64,000 bases of DNA, from contig NC_058368.1 in the NCBI RefSeq assembly GCF_018350175.1, positions 22,880,001 through 22,944,000 of the forward strand. Reading direction: 5' to 3'. The translations under genes were made by a program, and so were the position numbers. The first letter of the stretch is position 1. The number at the start of each line of letters is the position of its first letter. The DNA is from Felis catus. Taxonomy: Eukaryota. Positions 1-13,306 of the stretch are shown here, one piece after another. The notes beneath the pieces are model-generated. The model had not been told where the DNA came from, did not search any database, and saw only the letters and a list, made by a program, of their open reading frames with translations.

Positions 1-1910
1 GGATACAAAATTAATGTATAGAAATCGGTTGCATTCTTATACACTAACAATGAAGCAACAGAAAGACAAATAAAAAAACTGATCCCATTCACAACTGTAC
101 CAAGAATCATAAAATACCTAGGAATAAACCTAACCAAAGATGTAAAAGATCTGTATGCTGAAAACTACAGAAAGCTTATGAAAGAAATTGAAGAAGATAA
201 AAAGAAATGGAAAAATATTCCATGCTCATGGATTAGAAGAATAAATATTGTTAAAATGTCAATCCTACCCAAAGCTATCTACATGACATTCAATGCAATC
301 CCAATAAAAATTGCACCAGCATCCTTCCCGAAGCTAGAACAAGCAATCCTAAAATTTCTATGGAACCACAAAAAACCCCAAACAGCCAAAGTAATATTGA
401 AGAAGAAGACCAAAGTGGGAGGCATCACAATATCAGACTTTAGCCTGTACTACAAAGCTGTAATCATCAAGACAGCATGGTATTGGCACAAAAACAGACA
501 CACAGACCAATGGAATAGAATAGAAACCTCAGAACTAGACCCACAAAAGTATGGCCAACCAATCTTTGACAAAGCAGGAAAGAATATCCAACGGAAAAAA
601 GACAGTCTCTTTAACAAATGGTGGTGGGAGAACTGGACAACAGCATGCAGAAGGATGAAACTAGACCACTTTCTTACACCATTCACAACAATAAGCTCAA
701 CATGGATGAAGGACCTGAATGTGAGACAGGAAACCATCAAAACCCTAGAGGAGAAAGCAGGATAAAACCTCTCTGACCTCAGCCGCATCAATTTCTTACT
801 TGACACATCTCCAAAGGCAAGAGAATTAAAAGCAAAAATGAACTATTGGGACCTCATCAAAGATAAACAGCTTCTGCACTGCAAAGGAAACAACCAACAA
901 AACTAAAAGGCAATCGACGGAATGGGAAAAGATATTTGCAAATGACATCGGACAAAGGGCTAGTATCCAAAATCTATAAAGAACTCACCAAACTCCACAC
1001 CCAAAAAACAAATAATCCAGTGAAGAAATGGGCAGAAGACATAAATAGACACTTCTCTAAAGAAGACATCTGGATGGCCAACAGGCACATGAAAAGATGC
1101 TCAACGTCACTCATCATCAGGGAAATACAAATCAAAACCACACTGAGATATCACCTCATGCCGGTCAGAGAGGCTAAAATGAACAAATCAGGAGACTATA
1201 GATGCTGGAGAGGATGTGGAGAAATGGGAACCCTCTTGCACTGTTGGTGGGAATGCAAACTGGTGCAGCTGCTCTGGAAAACAGTGTGGAGGTTCCTCAA
1301 AAAATTAAAAATAGATCTACCCTATGACTCAGCAATAACACTGCTAGGAATTTATCCAAGGGATACAGGAGTGCTGATGCATAGGGGCACTTGCACCCCA
1401 ATGTTTACAGCAGCACTTTCAACAATAGCCAAATTATGGAAACAGCCTAAATGTCTATCAACTGATTAATGGATAAAGAAATTGTGGTTTATATATACAA
1501 TGGAATACTACTTGGCAATGAGAAAGAATGAAATCTGGCCTTTTGTAGCAATGTGGATGGAACTGGAGAGTGTTATGCTAAGTGAAATAAGTCAGGCAGA
1601 GAAAGACAGATACCATATGTTTTCACTCACATGTGGATCCTGAGAAACTCAACAGAAGACTGGGGGGAGGAGAAGGAGGGGAAAAATTACAGAGAGGGAA
1701 GGAGGCAAACCATAAGAGACTCTTAAATACTGAAAATAAACTGAGGGTTGATGGGGGGTGGGGAGGAGGGGAAAGTGGGTGATGGGCATTGAGGAGGGCA
1801 CCTGTTGGGATGATCACTGGGTGTTGTAGTGAAACCGTTTTGACAATAAATTTCATATTAATAAAATACACAAGATTTCAAAGATTTAGAATGGAAAAAT
1901 AAAAAAAAAA
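1..1910 (+). mobile_element. Felid-type L1, 3' part of ORF2 (frameshifted) plus 3'UTR and A tail; runs off the window start
   Basis: ORFs 178-765 and 936-1469 closely resemble the C-terminal ORF2 at 28050-29350; G-rich 3'UTR, AATAAA, A-rich tail. Confidence 0.95.
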
Positions 1911-2689
1911 CCCCATAGAGTATTTTCCATTATAGTAGCATGGCTGTTATATAAATATAATACATGGCATCTTAGTATTTCATTATCCTTACCCTTATTT
2001 TTAGAAAAGTGTTATATATGACTTAATCATTATCTTACAGTTCACTCACTTTCCTGAGACACAGCTCTCAGAAAAATGTACCTCTTTTAAAAAAACAATG
2101 TCTTGTGGTAAATACTAAAACCTTTGTGTAAAGTGCATGAGAGGTTAATGATCTACCATACAAATATAGAACAGATATCCTTTTTGGCTTTTTCAGAGCC
2201 ACAGGCTTTTCTGCCTTTTGTGTTCACTTCCTGTCAAGTTTGGCATTTCAAAAGAAGCTTAAAAATTTGTTTGTAAGTTTGTTATCAAATTGGAACTCTA
2301 AAAATATAAGCCATTCATTATAACTATATTGCTATGTAAAACAGGCTTTCATTTAAAGTTTGGAAAAATAATAAAAAAAGAAATACTTTAAGTTTTTTCT
2401 TATGTAAAAGTTGTGTAACTGAAGGAAGAAATCCACTAATGTTTGGTGACTAAAGAAAAGTAGTACCACAGAATCCATTTTAATGAGTCAGCTATATTTA
2501 ACAACAATTAAAGGATACTCAACTTTCTTGGGACTTATTAAAAGTAAAACAATAACTAATAACTAGTACTTCTATGATCTCCATATAATAAGTACCCCTT
2601 CATAGCAGTACTATTCAGAAGATATGATGTATTTAATATAGGAAAATAGAAATAAAATATTTAGGGTATCCTAAATATTCTTTAAGCAG

Positions 2690-4100
2690 GCATATTTGTA
2701 AAAATGTTATCAGTAAATACTATGCATAACTCTTTCAGTCATGATGACGAAGTAACAAATAGGACTTGTCTTCAACAACTCCAAAATTGAACTACATAAA
2801 TGAAACAATTGTTTTCTGACACTGAACAATAGGCAGCAAAGGACAGTAATCCCAGAGAGAAAGAAAACAAATGGTAAGCCTGACTGCTGCCTCAGTTTAC
2901 TGCATGGAGAGAATTCCCAGGCTACAACACAAGGAGAAGACATTGAAATAAATCCCAAAGGTCCCTCTCACAGAACTGAAGGATTCAGTTCTGAGTCAGA
3001 ACTGAGAATTCAAGGAAGCCAAAGTAGCTAAAATTAGCTGGGCACAGTACCAGAGAAGGGAGAGTTACATAGAAAGGAAAGAGGTGCAAAGAGAGAGCTC
3101 CAGAGATCTGCAGAGGGTTAGTCTCAAGTCTTCTTCAGAGGAGAACCCGTCAGTGCGTACAAACTACTGAAGCCAAAGAAAAAGCCATTGGGAAAAGCAG
3201 AACCATTCCCGAAGCTGACACAGGTCCAGGAAGAATTCTGATTTCTACCACCCAAAGTGGAAAAACCTATTTAATACATGGAACATGAGGTAGAGTACTC
3301 AGAAGGGTGTTACAGATTAGTCATAAATTAAAGACTGCTCTGGCTTTGTCTAAAAACAACAATAACAAAAGCCCTGAAAAGGGTCAAATTATTTTCAAGA
3401 AACTAAACTGTGTACCAAAACACAATTCAAGCACAGTGAAAGGAGTATGAAAGTATCTAGGACTCCATAAAGTAAAGCTCACAAAGTCTGGTATCTGATA
3501 AGAAATTACAAAGCAGACAAAGAAAAGCAGGGAAATATTAAAAAGGAGAAGTATCAGTCAATAGAAACTGACCTAAAATACAGAGATGCTAGAATATGTA
3601 GGCAGGGACTTTAAAACAGTTATTATAACTATATTCTACATGATCAAGAAAGTCAAAGAAAGCCCAAACATGTTTTTCCCCATTAAATTAAAGAGAGTTT
3701 AGAAGACGTAAAAAAAGATTCAAATAAAACCTCAAGATGATAAATACAGTGTCTAAGATTAAAAGTGCAATAGATGGAATAGCAATTAGACATTCAGAAG
3801 AAAAAATTAATGAACTTGAAGATATAGCTATAGAAACTATCTAACATGAACAACAAAACACCTGGGGGAAAAACAAACAAACAAAAACAAGAACAAAATA
3901 GAAGATCAGTGAGCTGTGAGACAATTTCAAGTCACCTAATATATTTATGACGGGAATCCCTGAAGGGAGGGGTGGGAGGAGTCAACTAAAATATTTTAAC
4001 ATAATAATAGATAAAAATTTCCAAATTTGATGAAACCTATAAAGTCCACATATCCAACAACTTTAAGCAAGTGAAACATGAAGAAAATGAAACCAAAGCA
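2690..4100 (+). mobile_element. Ancient L1M-type 5'/ORF1 relic
   Basis: Degenerate A-rich ORF1-like sequence (aatgaacttgaagatatagc, gagctgtgagacaatttcaag); boundaries approximate. Confidence 0.55.
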
Positions 4101-4102
4101 CA

Positions 4103-6470
4103 CACAGGCCTACCTTAAGAAACAAGAAAAAGCTCAAATAAACTATCTAAACTTACACCTAAATGAACTAGAAAAAGAAGAACAAAGCCCAAGATGAGTA
4201 GAAGAAAGTAAATAACAAAGAGCAGACATAAATGACATAGACATTAGAAAAAAAAAATCAAATGAAACCAAAAGCTGGTTCTTTGAAAAGATAAACAAAA
4301 TTAATAAGCCTTTAGCCAGACTCATCAATAAAAATACAGACCTAAATAAATAAAATCAGAAATGAAAGAGAAGTATCAACTTATACCATATAAATAAAAA
4401 GGATTATAAGAGACTATTATGAAAAATTGTATGCCAACAAATTAGACAACCTAAAAGAAATGGATAAATTCCTAGAAACATATAATCTCCCAAAACTGAA
4501 TCAGGAAGATATAAAAAATCTGAATAGATCAATTACTAGTAATTAAATTGAATCAATCAAAAAACTGCCAAAAATAGAAGTCCAGGAACCAGAATATTCA
4601 CAGGTGAATTCCACCAAACATTTAAAGAAGAATTAATACCTATTCTTCTCAAACTATTCCAAAAGACAGAAGAGGAAGGAAAGCCTCCAAACGCATTCTC
4701 TGAGTCTGCTGATACCCTGATACCAAAACCAGACAAAGACTACAAGAAAACTATAGGCCAATATCCCTCATGAACATATATGCAAAAATCCTCAACAAAA
4801 TGTTAGCAAACCACATTCAACAATACACCGAAAGGTTATTCACCACAATCAAGTGGGATATATCCACAGATGCAAGGACAGTCCAACATTTGTAAATCGA
4901 TCAACATGATACGCCACATTAATAAAACAAGGATAAAAACCATGTGATCATCTCAGTACATGCATAAAAAGCATCTGACAAAATTCAACATTCATTCATG
5001 ATAAAAACTCTCAACAAAGTGGGTTTAGAGCTAACACATCTCAACACAATAAAGGACATATATGAAAAACCCACAGATAGTATAACTCAATGTTGAAAAA
5101 CAGAGTTTTTCCTCTAATATCAGGAACAAGACAGGAATGTCTACTCTCACCACTTCTACTCAACTTAGACCTGGAAGTCCTACCCATAAAATCAGATACA
5201 AAAAAGAAATAAGAGGCATCCATATTGGTAAAGAAGTTAAACTGTCACTATCTGCAGATGATAAATATACAAAATCCTAAAAAGCTCCACTAAAAAACTA
5301 TCAGAATAAATGAATTCAGTGAAGTTTCAGAATACAAAATTAATTCCAATAAATTGGAAGCACTTCTGTTAACACTGATAACAAAGTAGCAGAGAGAGAA
5401 ATTTAAGAAAACAATTCCATTTAAAATTATACCAAAAAGAATACCTCAAAATAAAGTTAACCAAGGAGGTGAAAGATCTGTATCTGAAAATTATAAACAC
5501 TGATGAAAGAAACTGAAGATTGCACAAATGAATGGAAAGATATTCCATGCTCATGGACTAGAACAACGAATATTGGTAAAATGTCTGTGTTACCCAAAGC
5601 AATCTAGATTCACTGCAATTCCTATCAAAAATATCAACAGCATTCTTCATGAAACTAGAATAATACCGAAATTTGAATGGCCAAAGCAATCTTGAGAAAG
5701 AACAAAATTGGGAGTACCACAACCCCAGATTTCAAGATATACTACAAAGCTGTAATAAATAACAAGAGTATGGTACTAGCACAAAAACAGACACATGGAT
5801 CAATGGAACAGAACAGAGAACCCAGAAATAAAACCACATTTATATGGTCAATTAATTTATGACAAGGCAAGAATACAGAATAGGAAAAAGACAGTCTCTT
5901 CAATAAATGGTGCTATGAAAACTGGACAGTTACAAGCAAAAGAATGAAATTGGACCACTTTCCCATACCATACACAAAAATAAACTCAAAATTAATTAAA
6001 GACCTAAATATAAGACTTGAAACCATAAAACTCCGAGAAGAAAATAAAGGCAGTAATTTCTCTGATACTGGCCATTGCAACATTTTTGTGGCTATGTTTC
6101 CTAAGGCAAGGAAAACAAAAGCTAAAATAAACTGTTATGACTACATGAAAATAAAAAGTTTCTGCACAGGGAAGAAAATCATCATCAATACAAAAGGGCA
6201 GGCTGGTGAACGGGAGAAGATATGTGCAAATGACATACTCAAGGAGTTAATATTCAAAATACATTAATATTCAAAATACATACAACTCAACACTAAAAAA
6301 AATATGAATCAAAAATGGGTAGATGATTTGAATAGACATTTTTCCAAAGAAGACATAGAGCCAACAGATACATGAAAACATGCTCAACCAGTATTCATCA
6401 GGGAAATGCAAATCAAAACTACAATGAGCTATCACCTTACACCTGTCAGAATGACGATTTGAAAAGACAA
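4103..6470 (+). mobile_element. Degenerate carnivore L1 ORF2 fragment (RT to C-terminal region), 3'-truncated
   Basis: Decayed [11 protein letters not shown] and ADD motifs; ORF fragment [16 protein letters not shown]; many indels. Confidence 0.9.
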
Positions 6471-6473
6471 TAG

Positions 6474-6709
6474 TTGACCAGTGGCCTTATGGATAAGATA
6501 AACAGTCAATCAACTCCTATCTTATATGCTATATACATTATATACCATATTCTTACAATAAAGCAAGCTAGAAAAAATGTTATTAGGAAAATTATACAGA
6601 AAGGAAAATACAGTATCTATAATAGTGTACTGTATTTACAGAAAAACATCTGGGTATAAGTGGACCCATTCATTTCAAAGTCTTCTGTTCAAGAGTCAAT
6701 TCAACTGTA
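6474..6709. mobile_element. Tigger2-like (Tc1/mariner) DNA transposon end fragment
   Basis: Ends aagtggaccc...ttcaagagtcaa..caactg followed by TA, resembling the Tigger2 terminal inverted repeat (recalled). Confidence 0.7.
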
Positions 6710-6711
6710 CA

Positions 6712-6950
6712 CATTGCCTATAAGAAATCTACTTTAAGTATAAAGACACAAATAGGTTAAAAGTAAAAGGATGGGATAAATAGGCCAAGCTTGTATTAAT
6801 GAAAAGAAAGCTGGAGTGGTTTTACTAATATCAGACAAAGCAGTTTTCAGAGCAAAGAATATTACCAGCGATAAAAGGGGTCATTTCATAATAATTAAGG
6901 TGTAGATTCATCAAGAAGACATTATAATTCTAACTGTTTATGCACCTAAA
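6712..6950 (+). mobile_element. Old L1 ORF2 endonuclease-region fragment
   Basis: aaagctggagtgg...atatcagacaaa and gtttatgcacctaa match the KAGVA/ISDK and VYAPN coding motifs. Confidence 0.75.
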
Positions 6951-7902
6951 TTCTATATGTAAGACAATAAACTAGGTTTTGTTAAAGAGATTATTTAAAA
7001 ATTAAGACAGGGGCTTTTAATTTTTAGGAACTCTCTAACCCTCTGCCTTTCCTAGAACCTCTTATCTCAAGGTCACTTCCTTCAAGTATTGAAGACTTTG
7101 GTCCCCAGTCCACACTCGTCCTAACACATGTCCTGGGTGACTTCACTGTTCACTCAGCCTCTTGGTTCCTTGACCACCTCATTTCCAATGGTGTTCATGA
7201 GCATTCCAACTCATTTATGCATTCCTAAGGTTATTTCTTAGAATACAGTAAACTATGCAGAAATGTTCTAGCTCTGGAATATGAAGTTGAAATCTCTTTC
7301 TATTAAATTTCATTAAAAGAGGTTTCTTAAAACCTCCACTTTCTCCATCAGCCTCCTATCTCTTCTATGCAACTGAAACTACTAAACTTACCACTTTAAT
7401 CAATCTGACCAACTTCCTCACTTTATTTGCCCCATTATCAGTCTACCACATCTGTGTTGGCAAACCCTAATATCCTGGGTCAATCTAGCTGTTGGTCTTT
7501 TCTAATCCTACATCTAGTTGCTAGGTGGTGCTGGAAAAAATCATGCCACCACAAAGAGTTGGGGTGGCACTACAAATTTAAAATTTCTACCTTCAAAATT
7601 TCCTTCAGTGCTGCTAGGTAATCCTCTTATCTTTCATCACTCAGTTCTATTATTCTCCTCAGCAACAATTTCAAATTGTATGCACTCTCCTCAAACTTCT
7701 GACTATACTACTTTGCACTCCCTACTACCCTCTATCAACTCATCCTCAGCAAACTACTCAGCTCTATTTTATATATAAAAATAAAGCCATCAAATGGAAA
7801 CTTCTTCATTTTCTGCCATGGCACCCACATACCAACCTTACTGGTAACTGCTTCCGTTCTTTACATTTTGCCACACGATATGTGCCATCCCACCTTGCTT
7901 CC

Positions 7903-8143
7903 CTTTTAATTTTTTTTTAGTATTTATTTTTGAGAGAGAGGGAGACAGAGAGACAGAGAGAGAGACAGAGAGAGAGACAGAGAGAGAGACAGAGAGAGAG
8001 AGGGAAACACAGAATCTGAAGCAGGTTTCAGGCTCTGAGCTTCCGGCACAGAGCCTGACATGGGGCTTGAACCCATGAACCATGAGATCATGACCTGAGC
8101 TGAAGTCAGATGCTTAACTGACTGAGCCACCCAGATGTCCACC
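7903..8143 (-). mobile_element. Carnivore SINE (SINEC) with expanded (GA)n
   Basis: T tail, (GAGAGACA)n tract, reverse complement of the tRNA-derived head. Confidence 0.93.
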
Positions 8144-8174
8144 CTGCCTCTCTTCAAACAAGACATGACACCTA

Positions 8175-8555
8175 TTCAAGGGAGCCCCTTGAATCTGGAC
8201 AGGACCTGTGATTCCTCTCACCAACAGAATACAGCTTTCAGCTATAGTTCTTTCAGAAGCTTCTTGGAAGCCAGATGCTATGTAAGACAAATGACTACCC
8301 TAAAACCAAAATGCTGTGAGATGTCACCTGGAGTAAGGAAAATAGAAGGGAGGAAAGAAAAGGTGACCATGTATGAGGGGCAGCCAGGCGCCAGACTTGT
8401 GAGTTAAGAAGCACCGTGGAAGTGGATCTTGCCCCTGATACCACACCGTCAGGAACGAACTGCCCAGTCAAACTCTTCCTAAATCCCTGACCCACAGAAT
8501 CATGAGCAAAATAAAACGGGTGTTTTAACCCACTAATGTGTCATCCAGCAACTTC
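8175..8555 (+). mobile_element. MLT1 (ERVL-MaLR) solo LTR relic
   Basis: cccttgaatctgg...accaacagaat and cctgacccacagaatcatgagcaaaataaaa...ttttaacccacta are typical MLT1 motifs (recalled). Confidence 0.7.
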
Positions 8556-9045
8556 AGAACACTACTAGTGACTCTATTCCATCAACATTTAATCCTACCT
8601 TTCCCATCTTGAAAAATAATCTTCCCTCCACCTCACACACTTGGCAGCTGTATCTTTATTTCCCTTCACAGACAAGACTCTCATAAAAGTTATCTACAAT
8701 CACTGTCTCCACTTTATCTCTCATTCACATCTCTTCAAAATTCCACTGCAACCTACTCCTGCCTCTACCACTTCTATTAACAGTCCTTGCTACCATCACC
8801 AGTGGCCTTGTTGCCCAAACGAATGAATAGTTTTCAGTTCTTACTGGCTGCTCCTATAGTATCTGAAACAGCAACCACTGACTCAGACCCTGTAATGTCT
8901 TTCTCTTTATGACACCACTTCTGATTTTCCTCTTATCTCTCTAGCTGTTCTATTTCAATCTCTTCTGTAGGCTTCTCTTTTCTGTCTAGCTCTTAAATGT
9001 CAGAGAGCCTCAGGATTCTATCTTTAGCCACCTTCTCTTCTTAGA

Positions 9046-9462
9046 CAGCAGTCCCCCTCAACTGCAGTTTTGCTTTCTATGGTTTCAATTACCCAGTCAA
9101 CTGCAGCATAGAAGCAGAAGATTCTCCTTGTAGGGTACGATCGGACAGTCAGTAGGAGCCTAAATTCACCTCACTTCATTTCATCACATAGGCATTTTAT
9201 CATCTCACATCATCACAAGAATAAGGGTGACTATAATACAATAAAATACTTTGAGACAGACCACACAAATTTTAGAGTATATTGTTACAACTGTTCTATT
9301 TTATTTTTGTTGTTGTTAATCTCTTACTATGCCTACTAATAATAAATTAACTTTATCACAGGTATATATGTATAGGAAAAACAGTACATAATACTATTCA
9401 TGGTTTCAGGCATCCACTGGGGGTCTTGGAACACATCCTCTGTGGATAAGAAGGAACTATTG
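9046..9462. mobile_element. MER44/Tigger7-like non-autonomous DNA transposon
   Basis: Degenerate TIRs cagcagtccccctca... and ...ggataagaaggaactattg followed by TA; internal ggcatccactgggggtcttggaac. Confidence 0.8.
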
Positions 9463-9695
9463 TACTACATTCTCTCTTTAGGTGATCTTATCCATTCTCC
9501 AAACTTTAGTTACTCGGTAAAAACATACAGATTAACAGCTTCAGAGCCAGAGAGACTTGTGTTCAAACCACAGCTCTGCATTTAACTTGTGTGGTCTAGG
9601 ACAAGTTATTGAAGTTCTCTAAGCATTAATTTATTCATTTAGAATACTACATCAAAAATCATCACAAAAATTAAATATTAAAAGAACTACTCACA

Positions 9696-9895
9696 GGGCA
9701 TCTGGGTGGCTCAGTTGGTTGAGTGTCGAACTCTTGGTTTAGGCTCAAGTCATGATCACACAGTTCGTAGGTTTGAGCCCGTGTCTGGCTCTGCACCATC
9801 AGTGTGGAGCCTGCTTGGGATTCTCTCTCTTTGCCCCTCCCCCTCACATGCCTATGCACATGTGCTCTCTCTCAAAACATAAACATTAAAAAAAT
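9696..9895 (+). mobile_element. Carnivore SINE with TSD aaaagaactactca
   Basis: A/B-box head, CT tract, A tail; TSD at 9680-9693 and 9896-9909. Confidence 0.93.
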
Positions 9896-10411
9896 AAAAG
9901 AACTACTCATCACAGTGCCTAGCACAAGATGAACTGTCAATAAAGGGTAGAAACTGTTGTTATTATATACGTGTCAGCAGCTCTCAGGTTCATATTCCTA
10001 GCTTAGATTTCTTTCCTAAGCTCCAGACATACATAACCAACTGCTACTGGACACATCTACTTGAATGACCTACAATCACTTCAAACTCAACATAATCAAA
10101 TGAAACTCATCTTTCCAAGGAAATTTCATCCAATCCCAGGTATCTTAGTGAAAGACACTACCTACATTTCATCATTAGTTGACCCCTCTCTATCCTTCAC
10201 TCCCACTTATTAAATTGCACATGCATAATATGATGTCAGATACTGTTCTGAGTGCTTTATATACAGTAACACAATTAATATGAGACATGCACAGGTAATA
10301 AGATATAAAGTTTATAAATGACTAATAAGTAGTATAAATAGACACTGTAAGGCTGTAAAGGAGGAAGAATGACTACAGACTAGGATGATCATGAAAAACA
10401 GAGTGGAAGTA

Positions 10412-10630
10412 GGGGCGCCTGGGTGGCGCAGTCGGTTAAGCGTCCGACTTCAGCCAGGTCACGATCTCGCGGTCCGTGAGTTCGAGCCCCGTGTCAGGCT
10501 CTGGGCTGATGGCTCAGAGCCTGGAGCCTGTTTCCGATTCTGTGTCTCCCTCTCTCTCTGCCCCTCCCCTGTTCATGCTCCGTCTCTCTCTGTCCCAAAA
10601 ATAAATAAACGTTGAAAAAAAAAATTAAAA
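10412..10630 (+). mobile_element. Young felid SINE (SINEC_Fc-like)
   Basis: CpG-intact ggggcgcctgggtggcgcagtcgg head; TSD aaaaaca(g/a)agtggaagta. Confidence 0.96.
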
Positions 10631-10796
10631 AAAAACAAAGTGGAAGTAGAACTAAAACTCCGGTAAATAAAAAGGCAGAGGAAAGTATTTTAAATTGGGC
10701 CTATGAAGTGAATAAAGACTCAGGGATAGGCAGAAACAAACATGGTTGTGTGAGTTATAGTAAAAGAAAAGTCTGAATGGAGAAGAGAATACAAGG

Positions 10797-12082
10797 GAGA
10801 CATTCTCAAACATTTTGGACTCATAACACTTTTACATTCTTAAAATTACTCAGGATTATTCAAGACCCAAAAAACTTTGTTCATGTGGACTTTATCTCTC
10901 AATATTTACTGTATTAGTTATTTTTAAGTATAATTAAGTTTAATTTAAAACAGAAAATTTCTAAGAATGTGATTTAAAGAACCAAAATTAACCATTGTAT
11001 GTTAATATATGTTAAATAATGTTAATATTTTATAAACTCATTATATGTTAAGCATAAATGGCCATATTTTTCAAAAAAAAAATTAGTGAGCACACTGGCA
11101 CTGTTTTATAATCTTGTAAATCTCTGGTTTCCTAGAAGAGACCTGAATTCTCATAACTGTCTCTATATCTACTTTGTTGCACGAACAACAAGGTACTGGT
11201 TGCTTGCATAAGAAAACCTGGCCTCACACAATAGGTAGTTGGAAAAAGGAGTGTTTTAATAGAGTTTTCAGATAATAATGGATATATCTTTGATACTACC
11301 CTAAAACTTGGCAAGCTATAGTTCCTTAAAGGTTAATTGCAATATGGAATTGGGAACAACATCAATAAACAAAAATAAACTTTTCCTATTCTGAGACCTT
11401 AAAATCTGTTGGCCTGGGGCACCTAGGTGGTTCAGTTAGTTAAGTGTCCGACTCCTGGTTTTGGCTAAGGTCATGATCTAACAGTTGGTGAGATCGAGCC
11501 CCAAGTCAGGCTCCATGCTCACAGCATGGAACCTGCTTGGGATTTTCTACCTCTCTCTCTGCCCTTCACTGAATTATGGAGATCTTAACAAATGTTGACA
11601 AATCTCCTTATACGATATCAAGTCACATTTATTAACGTACCACTGATTTCATCAGAAGTCTGAATGCTTAGAGTGGATACAAGCTTAACAAAATTCTCAT
11701 TTTCACTTGAAAACTCAAAATTCACCATTGGCAATATTTATTGTCAGTTGTTTTGAACCATGTGTGCGTGAAAATGGAGATTCAATAAAATTAATACTTC
11801 TTACTGGTTCATCAATGACATTCTTAAATAAAACTGACTGTTCTGTTCTGTATTTTAATTGAGAGTTTGTGGTGGTGAAGAATACAATGACTACTCGCAA
11901 GTTGGATGCTGATCTAATACCTACAAAGGTGCCAAAACTCTTACGTCACTGATATAAATGTCAACAGAGTAAAAAACAGAAGTAACATCTGAATAGCAAC
12001 ATAAAAATACTTCTTATCTTGCAGATTCCCTAAAATGGTTTGAGGGACACCAGGGAGTGTAAGACCATACTCTGAACTGCTG
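10797..12082. mobile_element. Charlie1-like hAT DNA transposon relic, interrupted by a SINE
   Basis: Begins ttctcaaacattttggactc...ttttacattcttaaaaatta...gacccaaaaaactttgttcatgtgg and ends gaccatactctgaactgctg, resembling Charlie1a termini (recalled). Confidence 0.7.
11416..11568 (+). mobile_element. Carnivore SINE, 3'-truncated
   Basis: ggggcacctaggtggttcag head, no A tail. Confidence 0.85.
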
Positions 12083-12176
12083 ATACAAGAAAAAAGAAGA
12101 CAAAGCTTCCAAAAGAGAACCTTGAGGGATCAAAGAGTTGACCTAAATAAAGTTCCCATTCTAAAAACTTGCATCC

Positions 12177-12385
12177 GGGGTGCCTGGGTGACTCAGTTGA
12201 GCATCTGACTTCAGCTCAGGTCATGATCTCGCGGTTCATGAGTTCAAGCCCCGCGTCAGTCTCTGGTGCTGACAGCTCAGAGCCTGGAGCCTGCTTCAGA
12301 TTCTGTGTCCCCCTTTCTCTCTGCCCCACCCCTGCTTGTGCTCTGTCTCTGTCTTTCAAAAATGTATAAACATTAAAAAAAAATT
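12177..12385 (+). mobile_element. Felid SINE
   Basis: Head, gagcctggagcctgcttcagattctgtgtc core, A tail. Confidence 0.93.
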
Positions 12386-13056
12386 TTAAAACCTCCACCT
12401 GATTCCTTTGACCCTCTTCACATGCTGGGTAATTTTCAAGTTGTATCCTGGATGTCATAAATGTTAAGTTGTAAAGATTCTGGATTCCGTCGTTTTTCCC
12501 TCAAATGAGTACTGTTTTCTTTTGTTTTTAAGCAGACAATTATTTTTGCTGAACTTGAACTATAAACTGTTTATTTGGGCATTAGCACCTGTCTCACTTC
12601 AGATCCTTTGTCTTTCATTAAGCTGCTTTGAATCTATTACACTGCAATAACTTAGGTCTCAGACAGAGATGTGGGTAGACAGAATCTGGGCACTCTTTCT
12701 CTGGCTCTTTCCTTTGCAAAATCTGTGCATTCTATTCAGTAGCCAAGGTTTCCCCAGCTTCAGTTTTCTAGTTTCCCTGGCCTGAAAGCCTGCAGTTTTC
12801 CCACTGGCACCCCCCGCCCCACCCCATCCTATTATAACTTCTCACCTAAAAAGCTTCCTTCCCAGCTCAGGGGTCCCCTTCACGCCTAAAGAGTCTGTCT
12901 ACTCTTCCTGTCCAGGGGTTTCAGGCAGTTGCTTTTTGGATTACATAGAGGTTTTATAGCTTTTTTGAGGGGAGTCATATGGTAGTCTCTTCCTCCATCA
13001 TTACCAGATATACAGATCCCTCACAGAAGGTTTTTGTTTAGTTAGCATTATGAGAT

Positions 13057-13306
13057 TTGGTTTTTTATGTTTATTTATTTCTTCTGAGAGAGAGAAAAAA
13101 AGGGAAGGGGAGGGAGGGAGGGAGGGAGGGAGGGAGGGAGGGAGGGAGGGAAAGAGAGAGAGAGCGAGAGAGAGCGAATGAATATCCCAACCAGGCTCCA
13201 CACTCAGCATGGAGCCCAACACAGGGCTCGATTGCATGACCATGAGATCATGACCTGAGCTGAAATCAAAAGTCAGAACTTAACAGACTGAGTCACCCAG
13301 GCACCC
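13057..13306 (-). mobile_element. Carnivore SINE containing (GGGA)n microsatellite
   Basis: T tail, (GGGA)n at about 13108-13151, reverse-complement head. Confidence 0.92.

Noticed and set aside
10412..10500. tRNA-like A/B boxes as tRNA genes
   Set aside because: They are the tRNA-derived heads of carnivore SINEs, followed by a CT tract, poly(A) and TSDs.
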